In this document: piece by piece, positions 39,361-47,458 of the stretch
Numbering within the stretch: position 1 is the first letter of the stretch
Layout of the letters: the number at the start of each line of letters is the position of its first letter
DNA from: Candidatus Poribacteria bacterium
Lineage (GTDB): Bacteria; Poribacteria; WGA-4E; WGA-3G
NCBI GenBank assembly: GCA_021295715.1
Contig: JAGWBV010000003.1
Location: 203,043 to 267,042 of the forward strand
Direction: 5' to 3'
DNA length: 64,000 nt
Made by a program: the position numbers and the translations under genes
The notes under the pieces: generated by a model
Databases searched by the model: none
Told to the model about the DNA's origin: nothing
The model's input: only the letters and a program-made list of their open reading frames with translations

Positions 39361-40158
39361 ATGAAAATGCCCAAACTCGTCGTTGGATACCTTATGGATG
39401 ACGAAATGTTCGTCAAATCTTTCACGATCCCAGAATCTCACGATTGGATCAAGTGGTTAGCGAACGAGGAACTTGCTCAGTTTTTTGGGGAATTACTGGA
39501 ATTGATGATCCAAATTTCAGAGGACAAGGAAGATAGCGAAACGCTTCAGACTTTTCTCGACTTTTGGCATGAAATTGCCTTAAGTTGGCGCGAAATAGCC
39601 TTAGGCGAGGAAGATTCTGAGATATTTGAAGAAGCTAGCAAGACCTCTCCGACCGTCGTTACCGATTGGAGCGTTGATGCTTTAGAAGCTGCCTTAAAAG
39701 GGCAAGATCCCGCGACGCTTTTGAATTCTCTCGCCGGTTTCATCGGAAAAGCCATGATCGGTTCCGAACGGGATGTCGTGGCAGATACTTTGGAGGCAGA
39801 ACAGGAATTGGATTCGCCCTGGATAGATATTATTGGGGTGCAACCGGAGCAAAGACCAAGGACTCGCAAGACGCACGCTGAACCGGAGCCTGTGGCTGAT
39901 GTGACGAAACAGCAACGAGACACCTACTTAGCGCAACCTATCCGCGAACTTGAACTCTCTACCCGAGCCTACAATTCTCTTAAAAATGAAAATATCAAAA
40001 CCGTCCGAGAACTCGTCGCAAAAATGGAATGGGACCTTCTGGAATACCAGAATTTCGGAGAGAAGTCGCTCCTCGAAGTCCAAAACCGACTCGCTGTCAG
40101 GGGCCTCTACCTCGGAATGGACCCCGACGACACGGACGACGAGGAGGCATCATTCTAA
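39361..40158 (+). CDS. protein with unknown N-terminal domain and C-terminal RNA polymerase alpha-subunit CTD-like helix-hairpin-helix domain (paralog A)
   Basis: The C-terminus IRELELSTRAYNSLKNENIKTVRELVAKMEWDLLEYQNFGEKSLLEVQNRLAVRGLYLGM aligns residue-by-residue with the E. coli RpoA CTD ([58 protein letters not shown]). It has an acidic tail, and GGAGA lies 6 nt upstream of the ATG. Confidence 0.65.
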   Translation: MKMPKLVVGYLMDDEMFVKSFTIPESHDWIKWLANEELAQFFGELLELMIQISEDKEDSETLQTFLDFWHEIALSWREIALGEEDSEIFEEASKTSPTVVTDWSVDALEAALKGQDPATLLNSLAGFIGKAMIGSERDVVADTLEAEQELDSPWIDIIGVQPEQRPRTRKTHAEPEPVADVTKQQRDTYLAQPIRELELSTRAYNSLKNENIKTVRELVAKMEWDLLEYQNFGEKSLLEVQNRLAVRGLYLGMDPDDTDDEEASF

Positions 40159-40270
40159 ATGCCCACATTTTCGATAATATCGATCAACCCCTCAATATGT
40201 GGGAAAACTATTGGGCGGAATATCGCCTAATTGGCGTAAATTCAACATTCTTGCTACAAGGAGACACCAG

Positions 40271-40957
40271 ATGAAAGATGCTAAACTCGTTGTCGGATAC
40301 CTTATAGACGACGAATTGCTCGTCAAATCTGTTCCAATTCCAAAGCCCCACGATTGGGTCAAATGGTTACCGGTAGAAGACCTCGTTGTGTTTTTTCAGG
40401 AATTATTCCAAGTCATAACACAGATTTCAGAGGAAAAGGGAGATAGCGAGACGCTTCGGACCTTTCTCGACCGTTGGTGCGAAGCTGCGTCAGAATCGGA
40501 GCATTATGCGGCGATTTGGGAATCCCTCCCTCATTCGCTCCAAAGAGTCTTGCTCAATCCTGAACGGGACATCGTGGCAGATATTGCTGAGGCAGAACAG
40601 GAATTGGATTCGCCCTGGATAGATATTATCGAGGCCCAACATGAACGGGACCCGCTATTCCCTAACATCTACAGGGAGCCGGAGATCGCTGATGTGACGG
40701 AACAGGAGCGGGATGATTACTTAACCCTATCTATCGCCGCACTCAGACTCCCTACCCGAGCCCACAATTGTCTCGAAAGGGCAAACATCTATACCTTACG
40801 CACACTCGTCGAAAAAACGGAAAAAGAACTACTACTGATCAGTTATTTCGGGATGGGATCGCTCCAAAAAGTCAAAGCAGGACTCGCTCCCATGGGGCTT
40901 TACCTCGGAATGGACCTGGACCCGGAGGAGCTCGATGAGGACGAGGACTACGACTAA
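40271..40957 (+). CDS. paralog B of the alpha-CTD-like domain protein
   Basis: It has the same architecture as paralog A. A 40-nt stretch (EAEQELDSPWIDII) is identical in DNA sequence between the two. AAGGAGA lies upstream of ATG 40271. Confidence 0.65.
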   Translation: MKDAKLVVGYLIDDELLVKSVPIPKPHDWVKWLPVEDLVVFFQELFQVITQISEEKGDSETLRTFLDRWCEAASESEHYAAIWESLPHSLQRVLLNPERDIVADIAEAEQELDSPWIDIIEAQHERDPLFPNIYREPEIADVTEQERDDYLTLSIAALRLPTRAHNCLERANIYTLRTLVEKTEKELLLISYFGMGSLQKVKAGLAPMGLYLGMDLDPEELDEDEDYD

Positions 40958-41015
40958 AACACTCTCAGAAATTGCTGGGACACTTTCCACTGAACATGAC
41001 AAAAGGAAGATGCTA

Positions 41016-41952
41016 ATGCTTAACGTCCGAGAAACACGTCAATATCTCAAAGAATCCGAATTTGAAACCCTCTTTACACAAGAACTTGGATGGGGACCAT
41101 CACACCCAAATACTTCCCATCACAGTAGATGAAACTGAATATACACTCACCGCAATTGCCGAAAAACGCGGAATGGTCGTCTTTGAGTGTGCCGCAACCG
41201 GAGTTTCCGACGAAAGCATCCCCGATTACGCCACCCGTCGCAAAATTCAAAAGCAGGTTGCCAAATCCGTCCACGAACACTTCATCATCTACACCGACGC
41301 TGAGAAAACCACACAAATATGGCAGTGGGTCAAACGCGAACAGGGGAAACCCGATGCATGCCGTGAACACCGGTATAACAGCAACGAACAATCTGGAGAC
41401 TCCCTCATTCAGAAGCTGCGTGCCATCGTTTTTACCCTCGAAGAGGAAGAGGATCTTTCACTTCCTGACGTGACCGGACGCGTCGGAGCAGCCTTTTACG
41501 CTGAACGGGTTACCAAAAAGTTTTATGACCGTTTCAAGAAAGAGCATGACGTATTCCTTAAATTTCTCAAAGGCATTCCCGATAGAGAGATGCAAAAGTG
41601 GTACGTTTCAGTAATGCTCAACCGCCTGATGTTCATCTATTTCATTCAGAAGAGAGGTTTTCTCAATAACGACGAAAACTATCTACTTACTAAATTGGCA
41701 GATAGCCAATCGAGAGGCATCAACGGATACTACAAAGAATTTCTCTGCCCACTCTTCTTTGAAGGATTTGCGAAACCGGAAGCAGAACGGAGCAGAGATG
41801 TAAAACGCCTGCTCGGTAAAATTCCCTACCTCAACGGCGGTATCTTTCAACAACACCAGCTTGAGACACTCCACGGCGAAAACATTGACATCCCAGACAA
41901 GGCGTTTGAGCAACTTTTCAGGTTCTTTGAGCAATACCAACAGGAGATTTAG
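41016..41952 (+). pseudogene. frameshifted, C-terminally truncated N-terminal fragment of a type IIG/BREX PglX-like restriction-modification enzyme
   Basis: Frame A reads ... EFETLFTQELGW and frame B reads DHHTQILPITVDETEY ...; they join across a GGGG run at 41092-41095. The NRLMFIYFIQKRGFL motif is typical of the helical linker of Eco57I/TaqI-like gamma-class MTases. A stop at 41952 leaves only about 310 aa. Confidence 0.45.
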
Positions 41953-42753
41953 CGCGCTTCGCATTATCTTGTTTATCCTAAAATCCTGAAAATTTTGATT
42001 CAGACAATTATGCTCTGGGATTGGCTCCGCACTCCGTCAAAACGTCGAACAATCCCGCGCCTACCCTCCGTTGATTGCTAATTCATCTGGAGGGTCTACG
42101 CGAAACATCTCGTGTTTTCACGGAGAGAGGACATATTGCCTTCCACGAACCCACTGACCCCCTGACTTTAGAAAATCCTCCGTGAATCGCACTGAAAACC
42201 TACCACAGAAAACATCTTCCTCCAGTAGACTAAAGAACGTTATTCCCTTCCTATCCTGAAAATCCTATAATCCTGATTCAGACAGTATAAACCGAAGCCT
42301 TCCTCCCACCTTTGAAATTTCAGAGTAAACTTCTGAGAAACCTCCTGAAAAAACCGCTGAGAATCCAGTCCCAGTATGGGTTCACGGACTTTTCCTGAAA
42401 CCTATTATTTTTCCATTTACTCTGAATACTCTGAAACGCGCACTATTTCCTTTACGGGACTGCTGTGTAATACGGTTGCACGTATTCCCAACTTCTGTTA
42501 AAATTGTAGATGAAGGAGTTTTAAACAGTCTATGAAAACTATACAACAAAAAAACACAACGAACAAAAAACAGAAGCAACGCCTCGCTTTTCCTGTCTAT
42601 GATGAAGAGGACATCCTCAACTTGGACGCGGTCATAGTCACCCCTCCACCGCGTCGATCAGGCACAATACGAGTTAAGTTAATATACAAGGGACGCAGTA
42701 AACCAATTCCGGTTGAGGATCCTTGGGAAGAGTAGTTAGTTGACATAAGCATT

Positions 42754-43404
42754 ATGAAATCATCCGACTACAATGACAATGTCTTTATCAATTGTCCATT
42801 TGATCCAGTTTACAAACCGCTGTTTGACGCAATAGTGTTTGCAACATACGATTGCGGTTTTGTCCCTCGTTGTGCGCTTGAAGAAGACAATGCAAGCCAA
42901 GTTCGGATTGATAAAATCTATAGTATTATTGAGGTTTGCCGTTATGGCATTCACGACATATCCAGAATAGAATTAGACGAGGATTCAGGTTTCCCTTGAT
43001 TTAATATGCCGTTGGAATTGGGTGTTTTCCTCGGTGCTAAGAAATTTGGTGTAGAAGAACAAAAAGGAAAAAAATGTCTCGTACTGGACAGTGAACCCTA
43101 TCGATATCAACAGTTTATCTCAGATATCGCAGGGCAAGATATTCAGGCACACAGCAACGCGCCAGAGGAAATTATGGCAGTCGTCCGGAATTGGCTCCGC
43201 ACCGCGTCGAGACGTCGGACAATTCCAGATGGAAGCATCATTTGGGGACGTTACCAAGACTTTATGCGGGATTTACCGCAAATGGCTCAAATATGGCAGT
43301 TAAATGCTAATAATCTGATTTTTAATGATTATACTTGGATGATTGTGAAGTGGTTGCGGACTAAAGAGAATCGTTTATCTCAACATGTTCAAGGAGGTGA
43401 TTAG
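42754..43404 (+). pseudogene. nucleoside 2-deoxyribosyltransferase-like / SLOG-superfamily protein interrupted by an in-frame TGA
   Basis: ORFs 42754..42999 and 43006..43404 are in the same frame, separated only by TGA at 42997-42999. The N-terminus VFINCPFDPVY resembles the NDT start (YLAGPFF), and LNMPLELGVFLGAKKFG resembles the NDT catalytic Glu region. Confidence 0.45.
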
Positions 43405-43405
43405 C

Positions 43406-43708
43406 GTGGCAAGGAAGAGAATTATCAAAGATCCCCCCAAGCGGGGCAATCTTACAATAAGTCAAATTCAACAGGCAGTAGAGGCAGTTGTTTACGACTT
43501 GACTAAAGATACGCATTATGTCGTTCAGGGCGATAAAGGCGGATGGGATGTGAAGCGTAGCGGTGCTACAAAATCATCAAGGCATTTCTCTACTAAAAAG
43601 GAAGCTGTGCAGTACGGGCGGGAAGTCAGCCGAAATCAGAAAACTGAATTTGTTATCTGCCATAAAAATGGCACTATTCAACGTACCAACAGTCACGGGT
43701 CTGATTAG
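43406..43708 (+). CDS. DUF2188 family protein
   Basis: HYVVQGDKGGWDVKRSGATKSSRHFSTKKEAVQYGREVSRNQKTEFVICHKNGTIQRTNSHG matches the DUF2188 pattern. The start is GTG 43406, 4 nt after AAGGAGGTGAT. Confidence 0.65.
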   Translation: MARKRIIKDPPKRGNLTISQIQQAVEAVVYDLTKDTHYVVQGDKGGWDVKRSGATKSSRHFSTKKEAVQYGREVSRNQKTEFVICHKNGTIQRTNSHGSD

Positions 43709-44371
43709 ATGACCGTTTCCCACGTTGTAAGAAGAAACATCCGCCTCCTCAGTCTTCGGAATACAGGTTCTTTCCAGAGAGACGATAAGTTTGAATATCC
43801 GTTGTCTGTACTGCGGGAATCGATTATCAACGCATTGATTCATCGCAACTATCAAAAACACTCGGATGTCCGAGTTTTCATATTCGACAACCGCGTTGAG
43901 ATTATTAATCCCGGCACTTTTCCAGAAGGGATCAGCCCAGACACGCCAGTCCATGAACCGGTAAATCCCATCTTAAGCCGATTCATGTACGATATTGGTT
44001 TCATTGAGCGTTACGGCTCTGGTATCAGGATGATGAAAAGGCTCTCCGCGGAATGGGGAAACAAGGAACCGCGTTATGAATTTCATCCACTTCAAACCAC
44101 AATCATCTTTGATTCGCCGATTCAAGAGAGCACTTTTATAGAGATTGACGATATTTCAGCACAATTGAGCGAGCGTCAAAAGAATACCCTGTTTCATGTA
44201 GAAAAAAACGGGCAAATTGCGACAAGAGAATATGCGGAGATCAACCATATTTCGCCCAGAACTGCCTATACCGAACTCAAGGATTTAACAGACAAAGGGC
44301 TATTGACTGCAATAGGCAAGGGAAGAGGAATTAGGTACGTCCGAAAAGTGGACGATCAGGTAATCGATTAA
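43709..44371 (+). CDS. N-terminally truncated HATPase_c_4 (RecG-C-terminal-like) domain protein with C-terminal wHTH
   Basis: ESIINALIHRNYQKHSDVRVFIFDNRVEIINPG is the HATPase_c_4 core. The N-terminal AlbA_2 domain usual for this family is absent. Confidence 0.55.
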   Translation: MTVSHVVRRNIRLLSLRNTGSFQRDDKFEYPLSVLRESIINALIHRNYQKHSDVRVFIFDNRVEIINPGTFPEGISPDTPVHEPVNPILSRFMYDIGFIERYGSGIRMMKRLSAEWGNKEPRYEFHPLQTTIIFDSPIQESTFIEIDDISAQLSERQKNTLFHVEKNGQIATREYAEINHISPRTAYTELKDLTDKGLLTAIGKGRGIRYVRKVDDQVID

Positions 44372-44427
44372 TTGCGTGATTAATTGCGTGATTAATTGCG
44401 TGATTAATTGCGTGATTAACTACGCGA
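44368..44427. repeat. tandem repeat (TTAATTGCGTGA) x4 perfect plus one degenerate unit
   Basis: The 12-bp unit is repeated head-to-tail and overlaps the stop codon of the preceding gene. Confidence 0.8.
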
Positions 44428-44467
44428 ACGTAAGCAGTAGAACCTACATGAAGGATACTAACAGTAA

Positions 44468-45115
44468 GTGACGCAGTCAATTCAACGTATCACACAAAAA
44501 GACACGGATTATCCAACAGGATTGGAGCAGTATTTAAAAACGGAGACACCGGAAACGATCTGGGCACGCGGGAATATTGACCTGTTACTTGGGCAAAACA
44601 CCACCTTAAGCGGAGACCTCTGGGCACTTTTCTGCTCCAGCAAATGTCCCGGGGATATTATCCTGAAAACGCACGACTTAGCTCAAACATTCAAGGAAAG
44701 AGAGATCCCAACGATCGGTGGGTATCACTCTCCAGTTGAACAAGAGTGCCTACGCGTTTTACTGCGTGGCTCACAACCGATTCTTTTATGTCCGGCACGG
44801 AGCATCGAAAACATGCGACTGAAATCGGCGTGGAAGGAGGCGTTGTCTGCGGAGCGTCTATTAATCCTATCTATTTTTGAGAGTCGCCATCGGCGATCAA
44901 CAGCGGCATTGGCGCACCAACGCAACGCCTTTGTTGCCGCACTTGCGGATAAAATCTGTATCGCCCACGCTGCAGAGGACAGCAAGATTTTGGAATTCGC
45001 GCAGATGGTGTTGGCGTGGGGCAAACCCGTTTTTACTTTTGAGACACCAGCAAACGATTCACTTTTTCAACTTGGGACACGACGGATTGAAACGTCCCAA
45101 TTCGGAGGCAAATAA
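44468..45115 (+). CDS. DprA/Smf-like Rossmann-fold (SLOG superfamily) protein, Rossmann domain only
   Basis: The blocks ALFCSSKCPGDI, IGGYHSPVEQECLRVLL, PILLCPARS, QRNAFVAALADKICIAHAAEDS and KPVFTFE align with the DprA Rossmann-domain blocks. Confidence 0.65.
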   Translation: MTQSIQRITQKDTDYPTGLEQYLKTETPETIWARGNIDLLLGQNTTLSGDLWALFCSSKCPGDIILKTHDLAQTFKEREIPTIGGYHSPVEQECLRVLLRGSQPILLCPARSIENMRLKSAWKEALSAERLLILSIFESRHRRSTAALAHQRNAFVAALADKICIAHAAEDSKILEFAQMVLAWGKPVFTFETPANDSLFQLGTRRIETSQFGGK

Positions 45116-46017
45116 TGGCGGAAACCGTTTTTTTGGGAGACCATGAACTCACCTTTCCCGGTCCACACCTCGGTGTGCTTCGGGACTGCAACACTGTCCT
45201 TGATTCAGCAGAAGGCTTGCACAAACAGATAGCGGAGGACGGGTATCTCCTCGTCCGGGGCTTAATCGATAAAGAAAAAGTTGCCGCGGGACGACGGGCT
45301 ATCCTTGAATACGCCAACGGAAACGGGAAAGATGAGGTCTTCAAGTCCGGCACTGACATAATGGAGGCGGTCGCTGGTGACGGAAGACCTGGGCGAACAA
45401 TGGGCACGCCCGCCGTTACGCACCATCCAGATGTGCAGGCGGTTTTGGAGGGAGACGAACTCTTCAAGTTCTTCCGAACCTTCTTTAGCGGCGATACCCG
45501 AACCTTCGATTACAAGTGGCTACGGTTCGTCCGTCCTGACGGTTGGTCGGGACCCCATTTCGATTTCGTCTACATGGGGAGAGGCTCGGAGCAGCTGCAC
45601 ACCTGTTGGGTACCATTCGGCGATGTGCCAGCAACGATGGGAACATTGACTGTGCTTGTCGGGTCGCATAACCTCCCAAGCTTCGCTCGGATTCGAGATA
45701 CCTACGGCAAAACAGATGTTGACAGAGACGGCACCCCTGGACATTTCGGGAACGTTCCGATGGAGATCAGCGAAAAATACGGCGGTGAGTGGCAGACAGC
45801 GGATTTCGAGATGGGAGATGTCATCATCTTCACGATGCACACGATGCACACCTCTACGAAAAATCTCTCCGACAGATGGCGAATCAGTTGTGACATCCGT
45901 TTCCAACCCGCAGCGCACCCAATTGATGAGCGATGGGTCGGCAAAAACCCGATCTCTCATACGGGCAGTCAGAAGATTTCGTTTGAAGAGGCAAAGGAAC
46001 AGTGGGGATTGGAATAG
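45115..46017 (+). CDS. phytanoyl-CoA dioxygenase (PhyH) family protein
   Basis: It has a PhyH-like N-terminus and HFDF / H-x-D context. Its ATG overlaps the stop of the DprA-like gene (TAATG), and GGAGG lies 6 nt upstream. Confidence 0.8.
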   Translation: MAETVFLGDHELTFPGPHLGVLRDCNTVLDSAEGLHKQIAEDGYLLVRGLIDKEKVAAGRRAILEYANGNGKDEVFKSGTDIMEAVAGDGRPGRTMGTPAVTHHPDVQAVLEGDELFKFFRTFFSGDTRTFDYKWLRFVRPDGWSGPHFDFVYMGRGSEQLHTCWVPFGDVPATMGTLTVLVGSHNLPSFARIRDTYGKTDVDRDGTPGHFGNVPMEISEKYGGEWQTADFEMGDVIIFTMHTMHTSTKNLSDRWRISCDIRFQPAAHPIDERWVGKNPISHTGSQKISFEEAKEQWGLE

Positions 46018-46126
46018 AGGGGCATAAACCTTTATTACCAGTAGGCGAGGTTAGAAACCTCGCCAGCGGCGGAGGAGGATAGTTGAAAATCGAACAACTG
46101 TCCACAGGTTTTCGGGCTTTACTATA

Positions 46127-47302
46127 TTAGCCGAACAACGCTCGTCGGATCTGACGCACTGCTTGACGAATGCGATCTTCGTTCTCTACAAGGGCAATGC
46201 GGATATAGCCCTCGCCGTTATGCCCAAACCCCGCGCCGGGAGAAACACAGACCTCTGCCTCGCTGAGTAGTTTCATGGCGAATTCCATGGAACTCAGGTG
46301 CTTCCATGCTTCAGGGATCGGTGCCCAGACGAACATCGAAGCCTGCGGTTTTGAGACCTTCCATCCGATTCTGTTCAGACCATCCACAAGTACATCACGG
46401 CGTTTTTGGTAGACAGCAGCGTTTTCCATCACCGTATCCTCTGGAGTGCGCAGTGCCATAATTGCGGCAACTTGGATCGGTGCGAAAATCCCATAATCGT
46501 AATATCCTTTAATCCGAGCGAGTGCTTCGACAATCTCACGGTTTCCAGCGGCAAACCCACACCGCCAGCCTGCCATATTGTAGGATTTAGACAGAGAGAT
46601 AAATTCAATACCGATATCCTTCGCGCCTTTCGCTTGCAAGAGACTGGGTGCCTTGTAGCCATCAAAAACAATGTCTGCATACGCCAAATCGTGGATTACA
46701 ATAATCTCCTGGCGTTTTGCGAAGGCGACAATCTCTTCAAAGAACCCAAGGTCAACGACAGCACCCGTTGGGTTATGCGGAAAACTTAAGATTAACGCCT
46801 TGGGTCTGGGCCAAATGTCGCGTGTGATTTCGGTGAGCGAGGGGATGAAATCGTTCTCTTCTGTGAGTGGTATACTCACCACACTTCCACCTGCGAGCAC
46901 AATGCTGTACATGTGAATAGGAAAGGTCGGATTTGGGACCATCGCTAAGTCACCGTTGTCAATCAAGGCTAAAGCGAGGTGTCCGAGTCCCTCTTTTGTG
47001 CCAATAACAGCGATCGCCTCTTCATCCGGATCAATATCTACACCGAATCGACGTTCATAATGCCAACTGACTTCCCTGCGCAGGTTGTAGATGCCACGCG
47101 AAACGGAATAGCGGTGATTTCTGAGTTCTTGTGCCGCCTCCGTCAATTTATCAATAATGGGTTGTGGCGTCGGTTGATTTGGATTGCCCATCGCCAAATC
47201 GATAATATCAATGCCTTGCTGCCGACGTTCATGTGTTAACTGTCTGAGCTTGCCGAACATGTATGGTGGAAGTCGATTTAAGCGTTTTGAAAATATATTC
47301 AT
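46127..47302 (-). CDS. class I/II pyridoxal-phosphate-dependent aminotransferase (alanine / LL-diaminopimelate aminotransferase-like)
   Basis: N-terminal RLPPYMF...IDLAMGNP, a PLP-lysine region SKSYNMAGWRCGF, and 391 aa length. Confidence 0.8.
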   Translation of the reverse strand: MNIFSKRLNRLPPYMFGKLRQLTHERRQQGIDIIDLAMGNPNQPTPQPIIDKLTEAAQELRNHRYSVSRGIYNLRREVSWHYERRFGVDIDPDEEAIAVIGTKEGLGHLALALIDNGDLAMVPNPTFPIHMYSIVLAGGSVVSIPLTEENDFIPSLTEITRDIWPRPKALILSFPHNPTGAVVDLGFFEEIVAFAKRQEIIVIHDLAYADIVFDGYKAPSLLQAKGAKDIGIEFISLSKSYNMAGWRCGFAAGNREIVEALARIKGYYDYGIFAPIQVAAIMALRTPEDTVMENAAVYQKRRDVLVDGLNRIGWKVSKPQASMFVWAPIPEAWKHLSSMEFAMKLLSEAEVCVSPGAGFGHNGEGYIRIALVENEDRIRQAVRQIRRALFG

Positions 47303-47458
47303 TTTTTTAATTTTACCTTGCGGGTAAAGTTCGTGCGTTTGGACTATAACGTGCGTCTCTCAAATCCGCCCTCCGCTACGCTTACGGGCTACGGGGTTTG
47401 AGATTCTCTTAAGAGGATATTTTTGTGAGACGAAAACCTCTTAACTGACTGCTGATTG
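47303..47458 (-). repeat. copy of composite intergenic element between sulfatase and aminotransferase genes
   Basis: TTTTTTAATTTTACCTTGCGG at 47303-47323 is fused to the ATG. The CTCAAATCCGCCCTCCGCTACGCTTACGGGCTACGG module follows, then the CCTCTTAAGAGG palindrome, then CTGACTG CTGATTG CTAATGG CTATCTG CCATCTG heptads. Confidence 0.6.

Noticed and set aside
42997-42999. In-frame TGA as selenocysteine or programmed read-through
   Set aside because: No SECIS-like hairpin follows. Neighbouring genes in the same island are also decayed, and TGA is used as an ordinary stop elsewhere in the window. A nonsense mutation or base error is the simpler reading.
44368-44427. Possible CRISPR array
   Set aside because: The 12-bp units are contiguous with no spacers, and no cas genes are present in the window.
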